Shown here: positions 12,378-24,577 of the stretch, one piece after another
How the letters are laid out: every line of letters starts with the position of its first letter
How positions within the stretch are numbered: position 1 is the stretch's first letter
Translations under genes and position numbers: made by a program
Assembly: GCA_053919585.1 (NCBI GenBank)
Contig: CM132787.1
Length of the DNA: 64,000 nucleotides
Source: Euprymna scolopes
Lineage: Eukaryota
Direction: 5' to 3' (one strand)
Notes under the pieces: model-generated
Told to the model about the DNA's origin: nothing
What the model saw: only the letters and a program-made list of their open reading frames with translations
The model's database searches: none

Positions 12378-13034
12378 AAAAAAAAATAAAATTAATACGA
12401 GCCAGAATTCAAACGTTATTCTATGAAATAATAAAGAATACACAGGCAAAATTATGTTAAACGTCCTTACGTACAGGATAAGTCGTCTTTATTTTTTAAA
12501 GCACGTGGAAAATTTAACCCTACCCAGCACGTTAAAATGTAGATAAAAGCCATGGATCAACCGTGTAAAAGCATAGAAGTGGAAAATGTTTCGTTTGACT
12601 AACGACAACATACAATTTGGAACACACAGAATATATGAAAATGTTGGAGTGGGCGGTGGTGTCAAATCAACAAAATATTCACGAACTGGCACCATCAGAT
12701 TGCACTTGTTCCCATATCTGAAGGATACATAAAGTGGGCAATATTGTCTTCACAACAACGCAGCCACAAAGACTTTACTGCATCGGTAAACACTGGATTT
12801 TAATGACATAGACATTCATACCTTCCTTCATATCGCTTCGATTTTACTTCACATAAGGGCCTTTCTCTTCAATATGCCTGCANNNNNNNNNNNNNNNNNN
12901 NNNNNNNNNNNNNNNNNNNNNNNNNNNNNNNNNNNNNNNNNNNNNNNNNNNNNNNNNNNNNNNNNNNNNNNNNNNNNNNNNNNNNNNNNNNNNNNNNNNN
13001 NNNNNNNNNNNNNNNNNNNNNNNNNNNNNNNNNT

Positions 13035-13243
13035 CACATAAAATTAATATACGAAAGTAGAGATTTATGGGTAAACTTTAAGTATTTACTTCAAAAGTGT
13101 TCAATACGTAGGTAGAACTAGTTAGTAAGTTATAAAATGTATATGGCGATTAAGCTACACTGAATATTCCGCGTTTCATCCACTCTAGGACTCTTCAGGC
13201 TTATAAGCTAGCGTAGCGTAATCGCCATATACATTTTATAATT

Positions 13244-13248
<5 letters not shown>
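13035..13248 (-). mobile_element. Hammerhead-bearing repeat (PLE-like terminal region, family 2) with inverted duplication
   Basis: 13035-13203 is the reverse complement of 31660-31830. 13123-13160 and 13211-13248 form a 38-bp inverted repeat with 3 mismatches. Confidence 0.8.
13151..13203 (-). ncRNA. Type I hammerhead ribozyme, GUA cleavage site
   Basis: Minus strand: UAAGC-CUGAAGA-GUCC(UAGAGU)GGAU-GAAA-CGC(GGAAUAUUCA)GUG-UA^GCUUA. All core nucleotides and three stems are present. Confidence 0.88.
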
Positions 13249-13328
<80 letters not shown>

Positions 13329-14700
13329 TATGAGGGGGGTTCGTGCGCGTGCATGCGTATATAATGATATACACCCCCCCAAAATATATATATACCGTGT
13401 AAATCGAGGAAAACTTTCGAGCTATTAAAAACATGTGTATTTCATTTAATAACAACAAAAAAAAGTAACCCATAGCATAACTTTGGGTTAATATCGTATA
13501 CTACTAATGATGTTCAACCGAACACCTAAACAAGTATTTATGCTACAAGTATTTTAATCGATGTCAAACCATTAATTCTAATACATATATAAAACAAATT
13601 TTTATAACATTTTACATGTTATCTTCGTATATTAACTTTGACCGTCTAAAATTATAAGACTATTTATTACTGCTGCGTAATAAACGTAACAGAAAGAAAT
13701 GGATTCGAACGTTGTATAAAACTTACGTATGTACAAATTGGTTTCTTCCGAAATGTGTTCGATATTGCAATGACACAACAATAATTCCATCTCTGAGGGT
13801 GAATATAAAAAGTCACGCATTTATCTTATCTAGTAAACTGATTCGAGGTACACAGATACGTTATTACTGTGTAGCTCCTATTACGATTGTTTTATGTATA
13901 TGCATCTCATGATTACCTCTTCTCATACTTTTCTATTTGTTGGACGTGATGCAGTTATATTTCAAATAAAATGTTTATCTAACGTCCATTTGGATGAAAT
14001 GGATGTGCGTGCTTATATATATATATACATATATATATATATAATGTCATTTCGCGCTTTTACTATAGGTTGTGGGATCAGAGTTAAACAATGTATTCGT
14101 CGTTGGTTTCCGTCTCTCACTCTCAATCTCGCGTTGTTTTCACCAGTTTCAAAGAATATTAAAGGAATCATCCTATAGAATTTGATTTTGTCTGAGACAG
14201 AAATACTGTTGGTTTAGTTTAGAGTTAATTATTAAATATAGTTTTCTTTGTTCTCTAACGTAGATTGTAAGTGTATAGGGTGAAACGCTAGGATTAATAT
14301 GTAGTGTATGTTAAGGTTTCGTTCATGGAAGAGTATTGCTTTATATTAAATAAATATATTTTTCTCCAGTATAAAAGTGTGTGTTTTTTATGAGATAAGA
14401 TTTCAGAACATTAAAATGGATTATGCGCCTTATCCTAACCTTGAAAAGACGAAACTAAGTTGGTATATTTACGTTTAAACGCGCATTGCATGTGTGCCTG
14501 TAAGTATTGTTTGATTCTATTTGGGATATTATTTATAAAGATAATGACGTTGTTTAAAATGACTTATAATTTGGTTGTACGCTCTTTATATGTGTTTTCC
14601 TATGTTTGTCGGTCTGTAATCCACACAATCACGCCAAAGATTTACAGGCATATTTTGTGGACGCATCTAAAAATATATATTTTTTTCATCATTTACTTAC

Positions 14701-15007
14701 ATTTACATTTATGCAAAGTAACGAGGGTCATGTCCCTGTAGATAAACGACGAGTACAGTCCAAATCTGATTCGTCATAATCCTGAAGAATTTACTTGCAT
14801 GGATGCATTGAAAGCGACATTTATTTCCTCATCTTCCATTCAGATGTCCTTTTACAATAATCACGGCTGTTGTTGTTGTATTGAAACCGGCGTCGAGCAT
14901 ATAGATAGTTAAGGCGGACGAGATCCCCTATTTTTGGTCTTTTTCAAACAAATGGTTTCATACAGGTGAACAATTGGGTTTATCAATGCAGAAAACGAAA
15001 GTGACGT
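14701..15007 (-). other. Candidate non-coding (5' UTR) host exon
   Basis: On the minus strand a ~30-nt almost pure pyrimidine tract and CAG (15040-15008) precede it, and a consensus GTAAGT donor starts at 14700. Only short ORFs lie inside. Confidence 0.3.
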
Positions 15008-15559
15008 CTGAAAAAAGAGGAAAAAGAGTGGAGAGGAAGATAAGACTCTCAATATCCGCTCAAGTAAAAATGCGAAGTAAATCTCTCAGGCGTGAAGGTT
15101 AAAGAAAGGTTATGGAAAACCGAAAGTGTTTTCAACGCAGCTATCGCGATTGAAGTCCCTTATTCGTTCACTCAATCATAAACTAAGAGAGACAGAGCAA
15201 TGATAAAGACGGCGGTGCAGCAATGATTTCTTTTTACTCGCGCGTTAAGCTCATTATGGCAGTAAACGGAGAGTTCATCTGGCGATTTGCCTAAGAAAGA
15301 TAAATCTATTGTTGAGGCAAAACAACTTGTTCATTTTATTATTTTGCCGTTTTTACTATTGTTTTTCTCTCTTCTCCTATTATTACTTCCTCAACATTTC
15401 TTTTACTATTTTAAGTATTATCTGTTTAAGCATTTGTTAACAACCTCTGAATTCTATAGTTTCTTTAATTACCCCTGTACGCGTTTAGTTTGTATAACAT
15501 CACGATATAATTTAAACGTAATTTAGATAACATGTAATATATATGCATGTATATATCTA

Positions 15560-16669
15560 TCTATATATCCATAAAAGTGAAAGTGTCGGTCTGTCTGTCT
15601 GTGTATGTGTGTCTGTCTGTGTACATTTCCCGACACAGTACCTGTGACAATTTTCAGTGTACAGTCGCGAAATTTGATATAGACAGTGTGGAGATTTGGG
15701 AAAGTCTTTGTAATCAATTTTCGGTTATAAATGTTTCTGTTAAGAGGTCAAAGTTCAAGGATTTGACTTTTGAGAACCCCACCAAACTTCTCCGCCAATT
15801 GTTGGTTAAAAACAATTGAAATTTTTGATATAGGTTCCTTGGAAATGGATCTAACTTAGTAACTGGATTCGAGCACAAAACAATAAATGTTGGGTCATAA
15901 TACAGGTACAAGGTTTAAAAAAATTGACCTCTTCGGTCTCTACCAAATTACGCAGAAATATTGTGGTCCAAACATATGAAATTGTACATGAAGTGTAATC
16001 AGAGATAGGGCAAGCTCGGTTTGGGTAGAAACTTTGAGCTACCAATATATAAATATATGTATTTCTTTCTTAGAACTGCACGCCTGTGGAACTCTTTTCC
16101 GTCTGCCTGCTTCCCACCTGACTACACCCTGTATGGCTTCAAGTCCAACGTAAACCAATACCTGAGGAACCTCCCCCTTAAGTAGGCACTTTATTAAATT
16201 TCCACACTAACGTACTGTACTTACAATAGCCCTTATCCCTGAGTGGCTTCCGGGCCTTGATAAGTGGTGACCACCTTGTAAAAAATGTATTTTTGCCTGT
16301 CCGCCTGATACCACGACGGATTTTGACAAGATCAGTATTGTTTTTAAGGTCGACCGTTTAGACACCAAATACCGAAAATTTGACTAAGAACATTAATTTC
16401 TTCACTCTCAACTGGACACTTTTCAACAGGAAGGGGCGCTTTTTCTCAAATATTTTCGAAAGTCATTCCCTCTTTTCGATGATATAACCTTAATTTTAAC
16501 CTACTGCACTTCCGGTTTGGATGTGGTCGTAACAGTAAAAACGTCACGTTTTCCCCCGTCCTTTTCCGCTTTTGCAGAACGGGTTCGAGTCTGCCTTCCT
16601 ACTACCACTTTTTTTTTTGGCTCAACACACACCTACAAACAGCCGGGCAATGACGGGCACATATGCTAG
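15560..16669 (+). mobile_element. Non-autonomous Helitron family A, long variant, complete, carrying a LINE fragment
   Basis: 5' TCTATATATCCATAAAAGTGAAAGTG, (CTGT)n microsatellite, a decayed 3' hairpin CCGGGCAATGACGGG and terminal CTAG at 16666-16669. Confidence 0.85.
16065..16284 (+). mobile_element. CR1-type LINE 3' fragment inserted in the Helitron
   Basis: Encodes FFLRTARLWNSFPSACFPPDY...FKSNVN, ends in an A-tail, and has an 8-bp TSD ATGTATTT (16057-16064 and 16285-16292). Its 3' end matches that of 27824-28426. Confidence 0.85.
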
Positions 16670-17540
16670 TCTATATATCTATAAAAGTGAAAGTGTATGT
16701 CTGCCTGCCTGTGCATGTGTCTGTCCGTATACATTTCCCTACACAATAACTCTGTCGATTTTCAGTCTACAGACCCGAAATTTTATATACAGCGTATGGA
16801 GATTTGGGAAAATTTTTGTAATTCTTTTCGGCCAGAAGGTTGGCTGTTAAGGGGACAAATTTCACCGATTTGACCTTTGAGAACTCTACCACACTACTCC
16901 GCCAATTTTAAGTATATACAATTGAAATTTTAGGTATAAGTTTCGTGAAAATGGATCTAACGTAATAAGTAGATTGGAGCCCAAAACAATAAATGCTGTT
17001 AGGTCATAAAAGGGGTGAAAAAATAAAACGTTGACCTATGCGGTCTCTACCAAATTACTTTGATAATTTCTCGTCTAAATATTTACAAATTTCCATAAAG
17101 GATATTCAGAGATAAGGCAAGCTTTTTAATCGGTTTGGATCGAACATTTGAGCTATATAAATGCATGTATGTATGTTTTCATGTCTGCCTAAAACTTTCG
17201 ACAGAAGCGACGGATTTTCACAAGATCAGTATCGTTTAGAAGCTTACGCTTGATAGGACAAGTAATGAAAAATTGGCTAAACACATTAATTTATTTACCC
17301 TCAACTGGGCACGTTTCTACTGGGAGGGGTCGCTTTTTTTAGCGATATTTTCGAAAGTTATCCCCTCTTTTAGATTGTCTAGCCTTAATTATAGCCTACG
17401 TCAGTTCCCGTTTGGCGGTGGTCGAAACAGAAAAGACGCCACTTTTTTCCGTTCTTTTCCCTCTTCGCGGTACGGGTTCGAGCCTGGTTTCCTACTACCA
17501 CTTTTTTTACTCAACACCCACTTCCACATACCTTGCCAAC
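16670..17540 (+). mobile_element. Helitron family A, second tandem unit (long variant, cut by a gap)
   Basis: Starts with TC directly after the previous CTAG and is colinear with 15560-16669. Confidence 0.85.
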
Positions 17541-17817
17541 NNNNNNNNNNNNNNNNNNNNNNNNNNNNNNNNNNNNNNNNNNNNNNNNNNNNNNNNNNNN
17601 NNNNNNNNNNNNNNNNNNNNNNNNNNNNNNNNNNNNNNNNNNNNNNNNNNNNNNNNNNNNNNNNNNNNNNNNNNNNNNNNNNNNNNNNNNNNNNNNNNNN
17701 NNNNNNNNNNNNNNNNATGGTAAGGCTACACATAATATTCCCTGTGAGCATTTAGCAGGCGTCCACACACAGACACACCCACACCTACACACATACACGC
17801 ACGCACACACACACACG

Positions 17818-17865
<48 letters not shown>

Positions 17866-17866
<1 letters not shown>

Positions 17867-18750
17867 GAGTTTCCTTCAATAAATTTCAATAACCTTTTAG
17901 TATGGTCACTTTCAGTTATATACACACATGGGAGTCAAGTCAACCTCCTATGGTTGCAGTACACTTCTACCATTTCGACAACTTCGGAAATGCCTCATGA
18001 AAGTCCTTTTTTGTGAGCACGTTTATGACCTCCGTCACAGCCTCGTCCACCATGTTTTGCTTGAGCTTAGCGAATAACCAAATATTACAGACAGCAGTAT
18101 CTAAATTATAGAAAGGGGTAGGAAATGGTTAGTGCCAAACTTTGCTCAAATTGTTTGTGACAAAAACGCATCACCCTTTAGATAAACATCACACAAATCT
18201 TGTGAGTCTTCAGTTGCTGTAAAACAATTGTAAGCGCAGTTCACTGCACTGATATTAAAACTTTACATTTATTGTATCTATAGACACACAACACCCCTTA
18301 TCTACAACATTCTTAATTTAGCCAATGAATTCTTGTGTTCTGACTTTTACAAAAATCTTCGAGAATTCTCGTAATCCCCCAAAGACTGCTTGTCTTCCTT
18401 GAATCTTTTATGCAACTCAGAAACTGATTCATGCAAGATGGTTCTTAACAAACCAAAATATTCCGCGTTTTTTTCATTGTGTCCAAATTAAAAACATGAT
18501 TTTATTGCATATAGTTCTTCTAAGGTTTCCGCACACGCAGAGTGCATTTTTGAAATTCATCAGCTTTAATGATCAAATATTAGTAAAATGTAGTCAATAC
18601 CTGTTGTATTTAGTTATTGAAACTTGAATTCATAAACATTAGTCAGACATATCCCAGTATGTATGGCAAAAAAAACGTATTGAAGTTCCAATCGTCTGCG
18701 GCAATTATAACACTTGCCCAATCGGATATTATTTTTAAATTTAAAACGAT
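17866..18750 (-). mobile_element. Degenerate mariner-type DNA transposon
   Basis: TA followed by a CGAG...CAATAAATTTC terminus. The minus strand retains the C-terminal pattern EAVTEV...FHEAFPKLSKW*KCTATIGG. The far boundary is uncertain. Confidence 0.6.
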
Positions 18751-19050
18751 TATGGTGTGATTTTATACCACCATATATGCAATTTTTATCTATTCTTCTT
18801 TATTTAAATTATTTCTTATCCATTCATTCATTATTTAGGATGAGACACAATTGTATACAGTGTACTGATTGGGTTGAAAGATATTTACAAAATGCGGGAT
18901 GAATAAAAAATAATGACCAATTTTAAGCAAACAGGATATTTTATGAGAAGGAAAAAGTACCCATAATTACATTGTCTGTAACTTGTTATAAACACTAAAA
19001 ATATTTGATTATTACTATTATTCGTTTGTATAAAGTAACATAAAATAATT

Positions 19051-19093
<43 letters not shown>

Positions 19094-19974
19094 CCGTAAA
19101 TCACGTCAAAGTATGCCATTATAAGCTCTATCAGAAAAGTAGGTAGATACTCTTTTAGAGAATAATCTTTACATTTATTTCAATCTGGTACTTACTAGGA
19201 TAATCAAATGAAAATTGTGTGTCAACGTGTTTATCCATTTTGATAATTGGCAGAAAACCATTATTTTTAAATATAAGTTCATATAAAAGAATATCGTTCA
19301 GTTTAATATATATATCTATATAAATAAAATAATTAATATATTCATGTATATGTGTGTATGATATTCTATGAGAGATAAAACTCTTAAAGTACTTGTTGCA
19401 TGACACTGACATAAACAAGAAATATTACTAATACACGAAGATGATGTATAACGCTGGAGCAGATAAATAACATGTACATAAATATGTTGGCAAGCAGAAA
19501 TAGAAAATATTTCTTCCACCACTATATATTACTTTTGCTCACGCGCAAATTCGTTCATAGCGTGAAGTTGTTTTATTTTAAATCTTCATCTTCTATCTGG
19601 ATTATACACTCTACTTCGCTACTTTACAGTAAGGGCACTAGCCGTTTTCGCGTATTAAATTACAATTTGCTAGTGGTTTCTAGCAAAACTGTTAACTAAA
19701 GCAGTTAAAATAGTGATCACCATGTACAATTGCAGCAGCACATTCACATATGATACATTAGCAGTGTCAGAAACCGACGTTAAAAATTGAATAATTCCAC
19801 CTCCTAATTTTCAAGCTTATAACTACTAGAAAAATGTAATTCAAACTCTAATGTTTTTGTCAATTAAAGAAGCAAGGCCGAATTTTAAAAGAATAACTGG
19901 TTTAATAGCAAATTATGCAATATTTGCTTTTCGTTAATCGATGTTCTTTAAAAAAAGATTTTCAAAAACAACTT

Positions 19975-20956
19975 CATGGCTAGGAAGAGGTGGAGGTCAG
20001 GAGAGTAAGGGGTATGGGGGTTGATTGCATAACCACACGCCCTTACTTCTGATGTGGCGACATGCGAGTTGTGGACCGGAGCGTTGTCCTCCAGGAGGAG
20101 GGTATCTTTGCTGATCTTGCCCCGCCTCTTTGATAGATCCCCTTAATTTGCTCAAAAGTATAGCATAATAGACTCCTGTAATTGTGGTACCCTTTGCCAA
20201 GAAATCTGTCATCATTAATCCGTCCTGGTCCCAAAAGACTGTGACCATGACCTTGCCAGCGGAGTGTGCGTCCTTGCCTTCTTTGGAGGTGCTGAGTCCA
20301 AGTGCTTCCACTGCATTGACTGGGATTTGGTCTTTGGATCATACTGATGGACCCAGGTTTCGTCATGTGCAATCAGTCTTTTGAAAAACTTTGATTAATC
20401 TCCTTTGCACATCTCTAAATTCGTCCTCGAGCACTCGACGCGTTCTCGCTTCTGGAATTGTGTGAGCAATCTGGGAATCGCGCTGGCAGACACCTTGTGC
20501 ATTTGCAAATGGTCATGAATGATAATTTCCACAGACCCTGTACTAATCTTGACATCTTGGGCAATTTCGCGAATAGTAATGCGCCGATCTTCCAAAATGG
20601 CAGTCTCAACGTAACGGTCAGATGCCTCATGTATAGCAGAAGGAAGCTCATGTATAGCAGAAGGAAGGTGACCAAGTATGGGAGCTGTTTCCACAGACTT
20701 CCGGCCATGTTTGAATTCACGATGCCAGCATTTTACAAGGTCATATGATGGGCATTATTACTATAAGTTTCTTTCATTTCATCAAAAGTCCCCTGTGGTG
20801 TGCGTCCTTTCAAATACAAAAAAACGGATCACTGCTCGACATTCAACAGGCTCCATGCCACACCGACTAATTCAAATACCTGTAAAACAGAAACCACATT
20901 TAGTTCAGCACTTTAATTGGCCAGTGGGTTAGAGCATTTCTTATTGCACGCCCTTC
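19975..20956 (-). mobile_element. Mariner transposase pseudogene
   Basis: AILEDRRITIREIAQDVKISTGSVEIIIHDHLQMHKVSA..IPRLLT, YDPETKSQSMQWKH, AGKVMVTVFWD, DNAPVH and PYSPDL motifs across frameshifts. TIR-like CGAAGGGCGTGCAATAAGAAATG. Confidence 0.93.
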
Positions 20957-22538
20957 GAAGGGTAATATGCCCTTGTCTGTGCCGATCAAATGTGTCATGT
21001 TTGAAGGTTGAGTTAAGTAGTAAAGCAGTTGAGTCAATGCATGTCTTGCAAAAAATAAATAAATAAAATAACTAGTGTATCTCTTCCACACCTCTGGATG
21101 TTTGGAATGTGGACCCCTAACGTTAGAGAAGAATACCTTCTTGTGCTGGTTTACGTTGATGTTTGGTGTTCTTAGTTCATTCAGTTAAAAATTATTTTAT
21201 TAACTTGGTGAAATGGACAGTTTATTCAGATAAATGACAGCAGAACTCATTTCAGAAGCACTTAGAAATGGAGGCAAAGGAAGGCAAATATTCTTTGTTG
21301 ACAAATGAAATAGAATAGCGGAACAATTATCACTAATATAGTCACAGATGATCACACCAAAAGGTAATGCATGGTCCAGACGCTATGCAGCAAATAAAAG
21401 TATTTTGTACCTGTTGATAGCGCAGCCTCTTTTTTTTTTGGTTACAGCAATAATCGGGAACTTGACTATTAGGCGGGCAACAAAAGTCTAATTAACATAA
21501 ACGTTTGCTACCTATGCCCTTGTTAATGGCACGTTTACAGGAATATGATTAAATATAAAAAGAAAGATTACTCTAGAAGCCCCCCCCCGTTACGATATAT
21601 AGAAACTACTCTCCTTTTGTCAGTAACATAACTCATGGGCTATTAGGAAACTAGGAGTGTGGAGACGTCACATGGTAGCCGAAGAACGATCTAACTATTT
21701 TGGTACTCTCAATTTGGCTAAAAATTAAGTAAACTTCATATTATACTTATTATATCTTTTCACGGATATTTTCGGGTAAATAGAAAATAATATTAACACG
21801 CATCAAATATTTCTCTGGACAATATTCTATGATGTTTATTTTAAATGGCTGCTTGCTCAGATCACTTAAAAAATATCGTGCCAACTTTAAATGTCGAAAT
21901 TGGCAAGCCCCTCAAGTTAGAATACAGCGTGAATGACAAATCCGCAATAGCAAACTTTTACACTGTGTCCTAAACATTATTTTCAATCCGTAATGATATA
22001 ATTTTTGTAACACAGAGCAACTAATGACAAAACGTAAAAAAATAAGAAGAAATTTACAATCTCTAAATGGATATTTTTAAAATTATTACCAACATTATTA
22101 ATAACAAGGATTATCAAAACATTAGAAAATTTGATCTCAACACTTACAAAGAAGAGTTCCTCACTTTGTTTGTGGAATTCAATGTGCAAAAAATAGCGTG
22201 CAAGAGCGAGGGAGGAAACACAATTGAGTACAGAGAGAGAAATAAGGAAATATACAGAGATGGCCAACTTCAGCCAGTTTTGAGGCGGTGACATAGAAAT
22301 TTAGACACTTCTGCATACTTAATTCAGAGGATGGCAGAAGTGTGCGTATATCTCTTGAAAGAAAATAAAAAAATAGAATTTTTATTTCAGTTGCTTCTAC
22401 TTTGATTGTGTTTAAATAAAGAAACCGGAAACAAAACAAACAATGATATGTAACTAACTAGCGTTAAAGAATCTCTATCGCTCTCCGCACCTTTTCTGTT
22501 TCCCTCTCTCTTTATATATATAGGTGGGTAGGTAGTTA

Positions 22539-22922
22539 GTCTTGCATAATTTTACCTGAAGTCTCGGGAATTCCTGTAAAGCATGAATTGGGATAGACCA
22601 ACACACATCAGTTTAAGCTAACGTTGTAACAGACGAAGATTAATGTAAACAAAAATAAAAATAAAACAAAACAGAAAAAATAAAAAAGCAAATAATCAAA
22701 TTTAACAAAGAATTACTTTTATGGGACTAAAAACAATATTTCTTTTTATTGATTTATTATATTTTATCTTTATTTTCCAAATATTTTTCAACAGAGACTT
22801 TATTTTCTTCAGGAAAAGATGGAAGTTTTACTTTTTATTAAACCGGAAACTGTTTGTTACAAGTCTTCTTTTTTTAAATTTCTTCCGTCACTTTTGGGGG
22901 GGGAGCGATTGGGGTCCACATA

Positions 22923-22983
<61 letters not shown>

Positions 22984-23708
22984 AGAAAATACGAAGAAAT
23001 GTCTTTGCAAAAAGTGTAAATTTTTAGACGAAAATACAGGGGAGAAATTATTTCTTTTTGCAAGAAAACTTACTATTCTTATTTATTTATTTATTCATTT
23101 TTTACGGTTGTGCATTGACGGCCGGATAACTTTCTCGAGATGAGGATATTCTCTTAGGAATCTTTACGTCGGTCGACTGTTAAACAGTTAGCAACGCCAA
23201 AGAGGAAAGTGATGGGAGAGAGAAAATGTGTAAATGTGCTTTCATATAATAGCGCACCCTTTGCATATTTTTAAGGGTAGACATTTCGAACGCCTATAAA
23301 TAAATGATTTTTAGTATTGTGTAAATATCCAGCGTAGATTGAGACGAAAAACTATCCCATGCGCAAGGATATCCGTTGTATGCACTGTCAATTTGTTCAT
23401 CTACAGAAGGAACCATCCTTACACAGGATTTTTCCATAAGCATTTGTGTTTACAATTGTTACAATTCGAAAGTCGTTTGCTTCCATTTAAATAGCGCCTT
23501 TTCATTGGCTAGTCAAACACACAGCCAATGAATTACAAACAAAATTAATAATCGGAACACTTTGCATAAAATTAAAAAAATAAAAAAAATAAAAAATCGA
23601 TTTACCGTTTTAAGATTTGAACAACTTTTGACTGGAACCGATGATTGCCGGTCTCGCCCGATCTATGGTGGCGGGAATTCCCGAGAATCCGGGTAAAACT
23701 ATGCAAGA

Positions 23709-23709
<1 letters not shown>
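22539..23709. mobile_element. Non-autonomous TIR DNA transposon (MITE-like), ~60-bp imperfect TIRs, flanked by TA
   Basis: GTCTTGCATAATTTTACCTGAAGTCTCGGGAATTCC (from 22539) matches the reverse complement of GGAATTCCCGAGAATCCGGGTAAAACTATGCAAGAG (ending 23709). No coding capacity inside. Confidence 0.8.
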
Positions 23710-23771
<62 letters not shown>

Positions 23772-23804
23772 ATTATCATTATTAACTTCACTAATTAAAT
23801 ACCT

Positions 23805-23935
23805 GCACACTAGTTTGATCCTTTCGCGAATCATCAGTGTAGAGTGTCACGATTGAGACCAGTCGATAGATTCGAACACGGCGACATAAATCATCTCTGG
23901 CTTGATTAGCAAGGATAGTATCTAATCAGCTTCCG
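23805..23935 (-). mobile_element. tRNA-related SINE-like remnant with a degenerate hammerhead
   Basis: Minus-strand B-box GTTCGAATC (23877-23869), then ~30 nt later ACA-CTGATGA-TTCGCGAAAGGAT-CAAA-CTAGTGT. Confidence 0.4.
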
Positions 23936-24518
23936 TTAAGGTTTATTTCATGTGTTACATGCGTTTGGCAAACGCATGTGACACGTACAATAAACTTTTT
24001 TTATCTCCCCTCTCTCTCTCTCTCCCTCTCTCTCTCTCGCGCGCCATCTCATCAATTCATATACTCCAGTGTATCGCTAAACAACTTTAATAAAAACAGC
24101 CAAATCTTAAAACACCAAATTGAAATGCCTCCCCTCTTCCTCTTACCCCAGCCTTTTATCACCCCCTCTCCCCTACTTATATCACTATATATTCACCTAC
24201 GCCTAGTTGAATTTACTAACCCCCACACACACTACAATCTAATGTATTTTAAACTTCCAAATTTAATATTGTTGATCGCCGCCCCCCCCTTATTTTCTCT
24301 TCTCTTCTTTCTATTTTTTTCTCTCGTATTTTTTTTTTAAATCGTTCTTCCAACTAATAATAGTCACTTCTGTAAGGTCTGGCGAGGCTACTGGATCGTA
24401 AATATAGTCCGGCAACTGAAACATATGTAACTGACTAGATAAAACGGTAATACAAAATAAAACGCATATTGGAGCACTGTATTCAGTCAGGTTTTACTAC
24501 TTACTATTTTTGCTACAT

Positions 24519-24577
<59 letters not shown>

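Larger units (their letters stand above)
11600..12882 (+). mobile_element. Mariner transposase relic, interrupted by (TA)n and a hammerhead foldback element
   Basis: KQRCIIEFL (N-terminal HTH, ~11670), NITSYESYCYNYEPE (decayed ITGDETW.Y.YEPE, ~12080-12120) and LAPSD/HLFPYLK (~12685-12722). Confidence 0.75.

Noticed and set aside
14782-14820. CTGAAGA...GAAA hammerhead-like spacing
   Set aside because: No stem II closes next to the core, and no stem I or III can be drawn.
21070-21180. Possible Merlin/IS1595-like transposase motif on the minus strand
   Set aside because: The resemblance is too short and weak to support.
22067-22291. 74-aa plus-strand ORF
   Set aside because: It has no recognisable domain or splice support and is compatible with chance or an old TE remnant.
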